A stretch of DNA of 64,000 nt, from the NCBI RefSeq assembly GCF_009914755.1, contig NC_060933.1. The stretch is one strand, 5' to 3'. The DNA comes from the human T2T-CHM13v2.0 reference genome, Homo sapiens. Shown here piece by piece: positions 11,501 to 26,500 of this stretch (positions within the stretch are counted from its first letter, which is position 1; every line of letters starts with the position of its first letter). Made by a program: the position numbers and the translations under genes. The notes below the pieces were generated by a model that worked only from the letters and a program-made list of their open reading frames with translations, did not search any database and was not told where the DNA came from.

Positions 11501-14500
11501 TCTAGGCAGAGCTTAGACAAGAGTCACATGTCCTGGGTGATCAGTGCAGAGATAAGTAACAATGCCTCCATAGGAAGAGCCTAGACAAGAGTTACCTAAC
11601 CCAGGTGATCCGAACAGAGTGATGTCACAACGCCCTCTGTAGGCACAGACTAGAAAACCGTTACATCACCTGGGTGATCATCGCAGAGATATGTCACAAT
11701 GCCCCCTGTAGGCAGAGCATAGACAAGAGTTGCACCACCTGGGTAATCAGTGCAGAGATATGTCACAATTTGCCCTGTAGTCAGAGCATAGAGAAACGTT
11801 GCATCACCTGGGTGATCAGTGCAGAGATATGTCACAATGTCCCCTGTAGGCAAAGGCTAGGCCGAGGGTTACATCGCGTTTGTCATCAGTGCAGGGATAT
11901 GTGAAAACGACCCTGGAGGCAGGGCTTAGGCGACTGTTATATCCCCTAATGATCGGTGCAGAGATATTTCACAATACTCCTGTAGGCAGATCCTAGTCAA
12001 GAGTTGAATCACCTGGGTGGTCAGTGCAGAGATATGTCACAAAGCTCCTGTAGGCAGAACTTAGATGAGTTACATCACTTGGGTGATCAGGGCAAAGCTA
12101 TGTCACACAGCCCACTGTATGCAAAGCCTAGACAATATTTACATCACTTACTTGGGTGATCAGTGGCGAGATCTCTTACAATTCCCCTGTAGGCAGAGCT
12201 TATACAACAGTTTCATCACCTGAGTGATCAGTGCAGAGGTATGTCACAATGCCCCCATAGGCAGATCCAAGACAAGAGTCCGTCACCTGGGTGATCAGAG
12301 TAGAGATATGTGAGAATTCCCGTGTAGGCAGAGCCTCGACAAGTTTTACATAACCTAGGTTATCAGTGCCACTATAAATCATAAAGAATCCTGTAGGCAG
12401 AGCATAGACAAGAGTACCCTCCCCAGAGTGATCAGTGCAGAGATGTGTCACAAAGCCCATGCAGGCAGAGCCTTGACAAGAGTTTCATCACTTGGTGGAT
12501 CAGTTCACAGATGTGTCAAAATGTCCATGTAGGCAGGTCTAAGACAAGAGTCCATCACCCGGGTGATCAGTGAAGGGATATGTACTAATGTCCCCTGCAG
12601 TCAGTGCCTAGACAAGAGTTGCCTCACCTCAGAGATCAGTGCAGAGATATGTCACAAAGCCTCCTGTAGGCAAAGCCCATACAAGGCTCACATCTCCTAG
12701 GTGACCAATACAGTGATATGTCACAAAAGTCCCTGAAGACAGAGCGTAGGAAAGAGTTACATCACCTGGTTTTTCAGCGCAGATACTTGACACAATGCCC
12801 CCATAGACAGAACCTAGACAAGACTTCCATCACCTGGGTGATCAGTGCAGAGATATGTCACAAATCCCCCTGTAGGCAGAGTATAGAGAAGAGTCCCATC
12901 ACCTGGGTGATCAGTGCAGTGATATTTCACAAATCCCCTGTGGGCAGAGTGGTCAAGAGTTACATAACCTAGGTGGTCTGTGCAGAGCTATGTCAAAATG
13001 CCCCTGTAGGCAGAGCCCAGATAAATGTTACATCACCTGGGAGATCAGTGCAGAGATACGTCACAATACCCCCTGTAGGTGGAGCCTAGAGAAGAGTTAG
13101 ATCACCTGGGTGATCAGTGCAGAGATACGTCACAATAACCCCTGTAGGTGGAGCCTAGACAAGAGTTACATCACCTGAGTGATCAGTACAGAAATATGTC
13201 ACAAAGCCGCTGTAGGCCAAGCCTAGACAAGGGTTACATCTCCTGGGTGATCAGTGCAGAAATATGTCAGAAATCCCTGTAGGCCGACCCAAGACAAGAG
13301 TTACATCTCCTGGGTGATCAGTGCAAAGATATGTCACAAAGCCCCCTGCAGACATATCCCAGAAAATTGGTACATCACCTGGGCGATCAGTGGAGATATC
13401 TGTCACAATCCCCTTTAGGCGCAGCTTAGAGAAGCGTTACATCAGATGACTGATCAGTGCAGAGATATGTCGCTGTGCCCCCATAGGCAGATCCAAGACA
13501 GGAGTCCATCACCTGGCTGATCAGTGCAGAAATATGTCACAATGCCGCCAGTAGGCAGATAAAGACAAGTATTACATCACCTGTGTGATCACTTCAGAGA
13601 TATGTCAAAATGCCCCTGTAGGCATAGCCTAGACAAGAGTCTCATCACCTGGGTGATCAGTGCAGAGTTATGTCACAATGCCTCCCTTTGGCAGAGCCTA
13701 GACAAAGGTTACATCACCTGGGTGATTGGGGCAGTGACATGTCACAATGCCACCTGTAAGCAGATCCCAGACACTAGTGGCATAACCTCGGTGATCAGTG
13801 CAGAGATATGTCTCAAAACACCCTGTCGGGGAAGCCTATACAAGAGTTACATAATATCGGTGATCGGTGCAGTGATATGTTAACATGCCCCTGAAGGCAG
13901 AGCCTAGACAAGAGTTACATCACCTGGGTGATCCGTGCAGAGATATCTCACAATAACCCTGTAAGCAGAGCCAAGACAACAGTTACATCACCAGCGAGAT
14001 AAGTGCAGAGATATGTCATAAATCTCAAAGAAGGCAAAGCCTAGACAAGTTTTACATCACCTCAGCGAGCAGTGCAGCGATATTTCCCAATGTCCCTCTA
14101 GGCAGAGCTTAGACAAGAGTCACATGTCCTGGGTGATCAGTGCAGAGATAAGTAACAATGCCTCCATAGGAAGAGCCTAGACAAGAGTTACCTAACCCAG
14201 GTGATCCGAACAGAGTGATGTCACAACGCCCTCTGTAGGCACAGACTAGAAAACCGTTACATCACCTGGGTGATCATCGCAGAGATATGTCACAATGCCC
14301 CCTGTAGGCAGAGCATAGACAAGAGTTGCACCACCTGGGTAATCAGTGCAGAGATATGTCACAATTTGCCCTGTAGTCAGAGCATAGAGAAACGTTGCAT
14401 CACCTGGGTGATCAGTGCAGAGATATGTCACAATGTCCCCTGTAGGCAAAGGCTAGGCCGAGGGTTACATCGCGTTTGTCATCAGTGCAGGGATATGTGA

Positions 14501-17500
14501 AAACGACCCTGGAAGCAGGGCTTAGGCGACTGTTATATCCCCTAATGATCGGTGCAGAGATATTTCACAATACTCCTGTAGGCAGATCCTAGTCAAGAGT
14601 TGAATCACCTGGGTGGTCAGTGCAGAGATATGTCACAAAGCTCCTGTAGGCAGAACTTAGATGAGTTACATCACTTGGGTGATCAGGGCAAAGCTATGTC
14701 ACACAGCCCACTGTATGCAAAGCCTAGACAATATTTACATCACTTACTTGGGTGATCAGTGGCGAGATCTCTTACAATTCCCCTGTAGGCAGAGCTTATA
14801 CAACAGTTTCATCACCTGAGTGATCAGTGCAGAGGTATGTCACAATGCCCCCATAGGCAGATCCAAGACAAGAGTCCGTCACCTGGGTGATCAGAGTAGA
14901 GATATGTGAGAATTCCCGTGTAGGCAGAGCCTCGACAAGTTTTACATAACCTAGGTTATCAGTGCCACTATAAATCATAAAGAATCCTGTAGGCAGAGCA
15001 TAGACAAGAGTACCCTCCCCAGAGTGATCAGTGCAGAGATGTGTCACAAAGCCCATGCAGGCAGAGCCTTGACAAGAGTTTCATCACTTGGTGGATCAGT
15101 TCACAGATGTGTCAAAATGTCCATGTAGGCAGGTCTAAGACAAGAGTCCATCACCCGGGTGATCAGTGAAGGGATATGTACTAATGTCCCCTGCAGTCAG
15201 TGCCTAGACAAGAGTTGCCTCACCTCAGAGATCAGTGCAGAGATATGTCACAAAGCCTCCTGTAGGCAAAGCCCATACAAGGCTCACATCTCCTAGGTGA
15301 CCAATACAGTGATATGTCACAAAAGTCCCTGAAGACAGAGCGTAGGAAAGAGTTACATCACCTGGTTTTTCAGCGCAGATACTTGACACAATGCCCCCAT
15401 AGACAGAACCTAGACAAGACTTCCATCACCTGGGTGATCAGTGCAGAGATATGTCACAAATCCCCCTGTAGGCAGAGTATAGAGAAGAGTCCCATCACCT
15501 GGGTGATCAGTGCAGTGATATTTCACAAATCCCCTGTGGGCAGAGTGGTCAAGAGTTACATAACCTAGGTGGTCTGTGCAGAGCTATGTCAAAATGCCCC
15601 TGTAGGCAGAGCCCAGATAAATGTTACATCACCTGGGAGATCAGTGCAGAGATACGTCACAATACCCCCTGTAGGTGGAGCCTAGAGAAGAGTTAGATCA
15701 CCTGGGTGATCAGTGCAGAGATACGTTACAATAACCCCTGTAGGTGGAGCCTAGACAAGAGTTACATCACCTGAGTGATCAGTACAGAAATACGTCACAA
15801 AGCCGCTGTAGGCCAAGCCTAGACAAGGGTTACATCTCCTGGGTGATCAGTGCAGAAATATGTCAGAAATCCCTGTAGGCCGACCCAAGACAAGAGTTAC
15901 ATCTCCTGGGTGATCAGTGCAAAGATATGTCACAAAGCCCCCTGCAGACATATCCCAGAAAATTGGTACATCACCTGGGCGATCAGTGGAGATATCTGTC
16001 ACAATCCCCTTTAGGCGCAGCTTAGAGAAGCGTTACATCAGATGACTGATCAGTGCAGAGATATGTCGCTGTGCCCCCATAGGCAGATCCAAGACAGGAG
16101 TCCATCACCTGGCTGATCAGTGCAGAAATATGTCACAATGCCGCCAGTAGGCAGATAAAGACAAGTATTACATCACCTGTGTGATCACTTCAGAGATATG
16201 TCAAAATGCCCCTGTAGGCATAGCCTAGACAAGAGTCTCATCACCTGGGTGATCAGTGCAGAGTTATGTCACAATGCCTCCCTTTGGCAGAGCCTAGACA
16301 AAGGTTACATCACCTGGGTGATTGGGGCAGTGACATGTCACAATGCCACCTGTAAGCAGATCCCAGACACTAGTGGCATAACCTCGGTGATCAGTGCAGA
16401 GATATGTCTCAAAACACCCTGTCGGGGAAGCCTATACAAGAGTTACATAATATCGGTGATCGGTGCAGTGATATGTTAACATGCCCCTGAAGGCAGAGCC
16501 TAGACAAGAGTTACATCACCTGGGTGATCCGTGCAGAGATATCTCACAATAACCCTGTAAGCAGAGCCAAGACAACAGTTACATCACCAGCGAGATAAGT
16601 GCAGAGATATGTCATAAATCTCAAAGAAGGCAAAGCCTAGACAAGTTTTACATCACCTCAGCGAGCAGTGCAGCGATATTTCCCAATGTCCCTCTAGGCA
16701 GAGCTTAGACAAGAGTCACATGTCCTGGGTGATCAGTGCAGAGATAAGTAACAATGCCTCCATAGGAAGAGCCTAGACAAGAGTTACCTAACCCAGGTGA
16801 TCCGAACAGAGTGATGTCACAACGCCCTCTGTAGGCACAGACTAGAAAACCGTTACATCACCTGGGTGATCATCGCAGAGATATGTCACAATGCCCCCTG
16901 TAGGCAGAGCATAGACAAGAGTTGCACCACCTGGGTAATCAGTGCAGAGATATGTCACAATTTGCCCTGTAGTCAGAGCATAGAGAAACGTTGCATCACC
17001 TGGGTGATCAGTGCAGAGATATGTCACAATGTCCCCTGTAGGCAAAGGCTAGGCCGAGGGTTACATCGCGTTTGTCATCAGTGCAGGGATATGTGAAAAC
17101 GACCCTGGAAGCAGGGCTTAGGCGACTGTTATATCCCCTAATGATCGGTGCAGAGATATTTCACAATACTCCTGTAGGCAGATCCTAGTCAAGAGTTGAA
17201 TCACCTGGGTGGTCAGTGCAGAGATATGTCACAAAGCTCCTGTAGGCAGAACTTAGATGAGTTACATCACTTGGGTGATCAGGGCAAAGCTATGTCACAC
17301 AGCCCACTGTATGCAAAGCCTAGACAATATTTACATCACTTACTTGGGTGATCAGTGGCGAGATCTCTTACAATTCCCCTGTAGGCAGAGCTTATACAAC
17401 AGTTTCATCACCTGAGTGATCAGTGCAGAGGTATGTCACAATGCCCCCATAGGCAGATCCAAGACAAGAGTCCGTCACCTGGGTGATCAGAGTAGAGATA

Positions 17501-20500
17501 TGTGAGAATTCCCGTGTAGGCAGAGCCTCGACAAGTTTTACATAACCTAGGTTATCAGTGCCACTATAAATCATAAAGAATCCTGTAGGCAGAGCATAGA
17601 CAAGAGTACCCTCCCCAGAGTGATCAGTGCAGAGATGTGTCACAAAGCCCATGCAGGCAGAGCCTTGACAAGAGTTTCATCACTTGGTGGATCAGTTCAC
17701 AGATGTGTCAAAATGTCCATGTAGGCAGGTCTAAGACAAGAGTCCATCACCCGGGTGATCAGTGAAGGGATATGTACTAATGTCCCCTGCAGTCAGTGCC
17801 TAGACAAGAGTTGCCTCACCTCAGAGATCAGTGCAGAGATATGTCACAAAGCCTCCTGTAGGCAAAGCCCATACAAGGCTCACATCTCCTAGGTGACCAA
17901 TACAGTGATATGTCACAAAAGTCCCTGAAGACAGAGCGTAGGAAAGAGTTACATCACCTGGTTTTTCAGCGCAGATACTTGACACAATGCCCCCATAGAC
18001 AGAACCTAGACAAGACTTCCATCACCTGGGTGATCAGTGCAGAGATATGTCACAAATCCCCCTGTAGGCAGAGTATAGAGAAGAGTCCCATCACCTGGGT
18101 GATCAGTGCAGTGATATTTCACAAATCCCCTGTGGGCAGAGTGGTCAAGAGTTACATAACCTAGGTGGTCTGTGCAGAGCTATGTCAAAATGCCCCTGTA
18201 GGCAGAGCCCAGATAAATGTTACATCACCTGGGAGATCAGTGCAGAGATACGTCACAATACCCCCTGTAGGTGGAGCCTAGAGAAGAGTTAGATCACCTG
18301 GGTGATCAGTGCAGAGATACGTCACAATAACCCCTGTAGGTGGAGCCTAGACAAGAGTTACATCACCTGAGTGATCAGTACAGAAATATGTCACAAAGCC
18401 GCTGTAGGCCAAGCCTAGACAAGGGTTACATCTCCTGGGTGATCAGTGCAGAAATATGTCAGAAATCCCTGTAGGCCGACCCAAGACAAGAGTTACATCT
18501 CCTGGGTGATCAGTGCAAAGATATGTCACAAAGCCCCCTGCAGACATATCCCAGAAAATTGGTACATCACCTGGGCGATCAGTGGAGATATCTGTCACAA
18601 TCCCCTTTAGGCGCAGCTTAGAGAAGCGTTACATCAGATGACTGATCAGTGCAGAGATATGTCGCTGTGCCCCCATAGGCAGATCCAAGACAGGAGTCCA
18701 TCACCTGGCTGATCAGTGCAGAAATATGTCACAATGCCGCCAGTAGGCAGATAAAGACAAGTATTACATCACCTGTGTGATCACTTCAGAGATATGTCAA
18801 AATGCCCCTGTAGGCATAGCCTAGACAAGAGTCTCATCACCTGGGTGATCAGTGCAGAGTTATGTCACAATGCCTCCCTTTGGCAGAGCCTAGACAAAGG
18901 TTACATCACCTGGGTGATTGGGGCAGTGACATGTCACAATGCCACCTGTAAGCAGATCCCAGACACTAGTGGCATAACCTCGGTGATCAGTGCAGAGATA
19001 TGTCTCAAAACACCCTGTCGGGGAAGCCTATACAAGAGTTACATAATATCGGTGATCGGTGCAGTGATATGTTAACATGCCCCTGAAGGCAGAGCCTAGA
19101 CAAGAGTTACATCACCTGGGTGATCCGTGCAGAGATATCTCACAATAACCCTGTAAGCAGAGCCAAGACAACAGTTACATCACCAGCGAGATAAGTGCAG
19201 AGATATGTCATAAATCTCAAAGAAGGCAAAGCCTAGACAAGTTTTACATCACCTCAGCGAGCAGTGCAGCGATATTTCCCAATGTCCCTCTAGGCAGAGC
19301 TTAGACAAGAGTCACATGTCCTGGGTGATCAGTGCAGAGATAAGTAACAATGCCTCCATAGGAAGAGCCTAGACAAGAGTTACCTAACCCAGGTGATCCG
19401 AACAGAGTGATGTCACAACGCCCTCTGTAGGCACAGACTAGAAAACCGTTACATCACCTGGGTGATCATCGCAGAGATATGTCACAATGCCCCCTGTAGG
19501 CAGAGCATAGACAAGAGTTGCACCACCTGGGTAATCAGTGCAGAGATATGTCACAATTTGCCCTGTAGTCAGAGCATAGAGAAACGTTGCATCACCTGGG
19601 TGATCAGTGCAGAGATATGTCACAATGTCCCCTGTAGGCAAAGGCTAGGCCGAGGGTTACATCGCGTTTGTCATCAGTGCAGGGATATGTGAAAACGACC
19701 CTGGAAGCAGGGCTTAGGCGACTGTTATATCCCCTAATGATCGGTGCAGAGATATTTCACAATACTCCTGTAGGCAGATCCTAGTCAAGAGTTGAATCAC
19801 CTGGGTGGTCAGTGCAGAGATATGTCACAAAGCTCCTGTAGGCAGAACTTAGATGAGTTACATCACTTGGGTGATCAGGGCAAAGCTATGTCACACAGCC
19901 CACTGTATGCAAAGCCTAGACAATATTTACATCACTTACTTGGGTGATCAGTGGCGAGATCTCTTACAATTCCCCTGTAGGCAGAGCTTATACAACAGTT
20001 TCATCACCTGAGTGATCAGTGCAGAGGTATGTCACAATGCCCCCATAGGCAGATCCAAGACAAGAGTCCGTCACCTGGGTGATCAGAGTAGAGATATGTG
20101 AGAATTCCCGTGTAGGCAGAGCCTCGACAAGTTTTACATAACCTAGGTTATCAGTGCCACTATAAATCATAAAGAATCCTGTAGGCAGAGCATAGACAAG
20201 AGTACCCTCCCCAGAGTGATCAGTGCAGAGATGTGTCACAAAGCCCATGCAGGCAGAGCCTTGACAAGAGTTTCATCACTTGGTGGATCAGTTCACAGAT
20301 GTGTCAAAATGTCCATGTAGGCAGGTCTAAGACAAGAGTCCATCACCCGGGTGATCAGTGAAGGGATATGTACTAATGTCCCCTGCAGTCAGTGCCTAGA
20401 CAAGAGTTGCCTCACCTCAGAGATCAGTGCAGAGATATGTCACAAAGCCTCCTGTAGGCAAAGCCCATACAAGGCTCACATCTCCTAGGTGACCAATACA

Positions 20501-23500
20501 GTGATATGTCACAAAAGTCCCTGAAGACAGAGCGTAGGAAAGAGTTACATCACCTGGTTTTTCAGCGCAGATACTTGACACAATGCCCCCATAGACAGAA
20601 CCTAGACAAGACTTCCATCACCTGGGTGATCAGTGCAGAGATATGTCACAAATCCCCCTGTAGGCAGAGTATAGAGAAGAGTCCCATCACCTGGGTGATC
20701 AGTGCAGTGATATTTCACAAATCCCCTGTGGGCAGAGTGGTCAAGAGTTACATAACCTAGGTGGTCTGTGCAGAGCTATGTCAAAATGCCCCTGTAGGCA
20801 GAGCCCAGATAAATGTTACATCACCTGGGAGATCAGTGCAGAGATACGTCACAATACCCCCTGTAGGTGGAGCCTAGAGAAGAGTTAGATCACCTGGGTG
20901 ATCAGTGCAGAGATACGTCACAATAACCCCTGTAGGTGGAGCCTAGACAAGAGTTACATCACCTGAGTGATCAGTACAGAAATATGTCACAAAGCCGCTG
21001 TAGGCCAAGCCTAGACAAGGGTTACATCTCCTGGGTGATCAGTGCAGAAATATGTCAGAAATCCCTGTAGGCCGACCCAAGACAAGAGTTACATCTCCTG
21101 GGTGATCAGTGCAAAGATATGTCACAAAGCCCCCTGCAGACATATCCCAGAAAATTGGTACATCACCTGGGCGATCAGTGGAGATATCTGTCACAATCCC
21201 CTTTAGGCGCAGCTTAGAGAAGCGTTACATCAGATGACTGATCAGTGCAGAGATATGTCGCTGTGCCCCCATAGGCAGATCCAAGACAGGAGTCCATCAC
21301 CTGGCTGATCAGTGCAGAAATATGTCACAATGCCGCCAGTAGGCAGATAAAGACAAGTATTACATCACCTGTGTGATCACTTCAGAGATATGTCAAAATG
21401 CCCCTGTAGGCATAGCCTAGACAAGAGTCTCATCACCTGGGTGATCAGTGCAGAGTTATGTCACAATGCCTCCCTTTGGCAGAGCCTAGACAAAGGTTAC
21501 ATCACCTGGGTGATTGGGGCAGTGACATGTCACAATGCCACCTGTAAGCAGATCCCAGACACTAGTGGCATAACCTCGGTGATCAGTGCAGAGATATGTC
21601 TCAAAACACCCTGTCGGGGAAGCCTATACAAGAGTTACATAATATCGGTGATCGGTGCAGTGATATGTTAACATGCCCCTGAAGGCAGAGCCTAGACAAG
21701 AGTTACATCACCTGGGTGATCCGTGCAGAGATATCTCACAATAACCCTGTAAGCAGAGCCAAGACAACAGTTACATCACCAGCGAGATAAGTGCAGAGAT
21801 ATGTCATAAATCTCAAAGAAGGCAAAGCCTAGACAAGTTTTACATCACCTCAGCGAGCAGTGCAGCGATATTTCCCAATGTCCCTCTAGGCAGAGCTTAG
21901 ACAAGAGTCACATGTCCTGGGTGATCAGTGCAGAGATAAGTAACAATGCCTCCATAGGAAGAGCCTAGACAAGAGTTACCTAACCCAGGTGATCCGAACA
22001 GAGTGATGTCACAACGCCCTCTGTAGGCACAGACTAGAAAACCGTTACATCACCTGGGTGATCATCGCAGAGATATGTCACAATGCCCCCTGTAGGCAGA
22101 GCATAGACAAGAGTTGCACCACCTGGGTAATCAGTGCAGAGATATGTCACAATTTGCCCTGTAGTCAGAGCATAGAGAAACGTTGCATCACCTGGGTGAT
22201 CAGTGCAGAGATATGTCACAATGTCCCCTGTAGGCAAAGGCTAGGCCGAGGGTTACATCGCGTTTGTCATCAGTGCAGGGATATGTGAAAACGACCCTGG
22301 AAGCAGGGCTTAGGCGACTGTTATATCCCCTAATGATCGGTGCAGAGATATTTCACAATACTCCTGTAGGCAGATCCTAGTCAAGAGTTGAATCACCTGG
22401 GTGGTCAGTGCAGAGATATGTCACAAAGCTCCTGTAGGCAGAACTTAGATGAGTTACATCACTTGGGTGATCAGGGCAAAGCTATGTCACACAGCCCACT
22501 GTATGCAAAGCCTAGACAATATTTACATCACTTACTTGGGTGATCAGTGGCGAGATCTCTTACAATTCCCCTGTAGGCAGAGCTTATACAACAGTTTCAT
22601 CACCTGAGTGATCAGTGCAGAGGTATGTCACAATGCCCCCATAGGCAGATCCAAGACAAGAGTCCGTCACCTGGGTGATCAGAGTAGAGATATGTGAGAA
22701 TTCCCGTGTAGGCAGAGCCTCGACAAGTTTTACATAACCTAGGTTATCAGTGCCACTATAAATCATAAAGAATCCTGTAGGCAGAGCATAGACAAGAGTA
22801 CCCTCCCCAGAGTGATCAGTGCAGAGATGTGTCACAAAGCCCATGCAGGCAGAGCCTTGACAAGAGTTTCATCACTTGGTGGATCAGTTCACAGATGTGT
22901 CAAAATGTCCATGTAGGCAGGTCTAAGACAAGAGTCCATCACCCGGGTGATCAGTGAAGGGATATGTACTAATGTCCCCTGCAGTCAGTGCCTAGACAAG
23001 AGTTGCCTCACCTCAGAGATCAGTGCAGAGATATGTCACAAAGCCTCCTGTAGGCAAAGCCCATACAAGGCTCACATCTCCTAGGTGACCAATACAGTGA
23101 TATGTCACAAAAGTCCCTGAAGACAGAGCGTAGGAAAGAGTTACATCACCTGGTTTTTCAGCGCAGATACTTGACACAATGCCCCCATAGACAGAACCTA
23201 GACAAGACTTCCATCACCTGGGTGATCAGTGCAGAGATATGTCACAAATCCCCCTGTAGGCAGAGTATAGAGAAGAGTCCCATCACCTGGGTGATCAGTG
23301 CAGTGATATTTCACAAATCCCCTGTGGGCAGAGTGGTCAAGAGTTACATAACCTAGGTGGTCTGTGCAGAGCTATGTCAAAATGCCCCTGTAGGCAGAGC
23401 CCAGATAAATGTTACATCACCTGGGAGATCAGTGCAGAGATACGTCACAATACCCCCTGTAGGTGGAGCCTAGAGAAGAGTTAGATCACCTGGGTGATCA

Positions 23501-26500
23501 GTGCAGAGATACGTCACAATAACCCCTGTAGGTGGAGCCTAGACAAGAGTTACATCACCTGAGTGATCAGTACAGAAATATGTCACAAAGCCGCTGTAGG
23601 CCAAGCCTAGACAAGGGTTACATCTCCTGGGTGATCAGTGCAGAAATATGTCAGAAATCCCTGTAGGCCGACCCAAGACAAGAGTTACATCTCCTGGGTG
23701 ATCAGTGCAAAGATATGTCACAAAGCCCCCTGCAGACATATCCCAGAAAATTGGTACATCACCTGGGCGATCAGTGGAGATATCTGTCACAATCCCCTTT
23801 AGGCGCAGCTTAGAGAAGCGTTACATCAGATGACTGATCAGTGCAGAGATATGTCGCTGTGCCCCCATAGGCAGATCCAAGACAGGAGTCCATCACCTGG
23901 CTGATCAGTGCAGAAATATGTCACAATGCCGCCAGTAGGCAGATAAAGACAAGTATTACATCACCTGTGTGATCACTTCAGAGATATGTCAAAATGCCCC
24001 TGTAGGCATAGCCTAGACAAGAGTCTCATCACCTGGGTGATCAGTGCAGAGTTATGTCACAATGCCTCCCTTTGGCAGAGCCTAGACAAAGGTTACATCA
24101 CCTGGGTGATTGGGGCAGTGACATGTCACAATGCCACCTGTAAGCAGATCCCAGACACTAGTGGCATAACCTCGGTGATCAGTGCAGAGATATGTCTCAA
24201 AACACCCTGTCGGGGAAGCCTATACAAGAGTTACATAATATCGGTGATCGGTGCAGTGATATGTTAACATGCCCCTGAAGGCAGAGCCTAGACAAGAGTT
24301 ACATCACCTGGGTGATCCGTGCAGAGATATCTCACAATAACCCTGTAAGCAGAGCCAAGACAACAGTTACATCACCAGCGAGATAAGTGCAGAGATATGT
24401 CATAAATCTCAAAGAAGGCAAAGCCTAGACAAGTTTTACATCACCTCAGCGAGCAGTGCAGCGATATTTCCCAATGTCCCTCTAGGCAGAGCTTAGACAA
24501 GAGTCACATGTCCTGGGTGATCAGTGCAGAGATAAGTAACAATGCCTCCATAGGAAGAGCCTAGACAAGAGTTACCTAACCCAGGTGATCCGAACAGAGT
24601 GATGTCACAACGCCCTCTGTAGGCACAGACTAGAAAACCGTTACATCACCTGGGTGATCATCGCAGAGATATGTCACAATGCCCCCTGTAGGCAGAGCAT
24701 AGACAAGAGTTGCACCACCTGGGTAATCAGTGCAGAGATATGTCACAATTTGCCCTGTAGTCAGAGCATAGAGAAACGTTGCATCACCTGGGTGATCAGT
24801 GCAGAGATATGTCACAATGTCCCCTGTAGGCAAAGGCTAGGCCGAGGGTTACATCGCGTTTGTCATCAGTGCAGGGATATGTGAAAACGACCCTGGAGGC
24901 AGGGCTTAGGCGACTGTTATATCCCCTAATGATCGGTGCAGAGATATTTCACAATACTCCTGTAGGCAGATCCTAGTCAAGAGTTGAATCACCTGGGTGG
25001 TCAGTGCAGAGATATGTCACAAAGCTCCTGTAGGCAGAACTTAGATGAGTTACATCACTTGGGTGATCAGGGCAAAGCTATGTCACACAGCCCACTGTAT
25101 GCAAAGCCTAGACAATATTTACATCACTTACTTGGGTGATCAGTGGCGAGATCTCTTACAATTCCCCTGTAGGCAGAGCTTATACAACAGTTTCATCACC
25201 TGAGTGATCAGTGCAGAGGTATGTCACAATGCCCCCATAGGCAGATCCAAGACAAGAGTCCGTCACCTGGGTGATCAGAGTAGAGATATGTGAGAATTCC
25301 CGTGTAGGCAGAGCCTCGACAAGTTTTACATAACCTAGGTTATCAGTGCCACTATAAATCATAAAGAATCCTGTAGGCAGAGCATAGACAAGAGTACCCT
25401 CCCCAGAGTGATCAGTGCAGAGATGTGTCACAAAGCCCATGCAGGCAGAGCCTTGACAAGAGTTTCATCACTTGGTGGATCAGTTCACAGATGTGTCAAA
25501 ATGTCCATGTAGGCAGGTCTAAGACAAGAGTCCATCACCCGGGTGATCAGTGAAGGGATATGTACTAATGTCCCCTGCAGTCAGTGCCTAGACAAGAGTT
25601 GCCTCACCTCAGAGATCAGTGCAGAGATATGTCACAAAGCCTCCTGTAGGCAAAGCCCATACAAGGCTCACATCTCCTAGGTGACCAATACAGTGATATG
25701 TCACAAAAGTCCCTGAAGACAGAGCGTAGGAAAGAGTTACATCACCTGGTTTTTCAGCGCAGATACTTGACACAATGCCCCCATAGACAGAACCTAGACA
25801 AGACTTCCATCACCTGGGTGATCAGTGCAGAGATATGTCACAAATCCCCCTGTAGGCAGAGTATAGAGAAGAGTCCCATCACCTGGGTGATCAGTGCAGT
25901 GATATTTCACAAATCCCCTGTGGGCAGAGTGGTCAAGAGTTACATAACCTAGGTGGTCTGTGCAGAGCTATGTCAAAATGCCCCTGTAGGCAGAGCCCAG
26001 ATAAATGTTACATCACCTGGGAGATCAGTGCAGAGATACGTCACAATACCCCCTGTAGGTGGAGCCTAGAGAAGAGTTAGATCACCTGGGTGATCAGTGC
26101 AGAGATACGTCACAATAACCCCTGTAGGTGGAGCCTAGACAAGAGTTACATCACCTGAGTGATCAGTACAGAAATATGTCACAAAGCCGCTGTAGGCCAA
26201 GCCTAGACAAGGGTTACATCTCCTGGGTGATCAGTGCAGAAATATGTCAGAAATCCCTGTAGGCCGACCCAAGACAAGAGTTACATCTCCTGGGTGATCA
26301 GTGCAAAGATATGTCACAAAGCCCCCTGCAGACATATCCCAGAAAATTGGTACATCACCTGGGCGATCAGTGGAGATATCTGTCACAATCCCCTTTAGGC
26401 GCAGCTTAGAGAAGCGTTACATCAGATGACTGATCAGTGCAGAGATATGTCGCTGTGCCCCCATAGGCAGATCCAAGACAGGAGTCCATCACCTGGCTGA

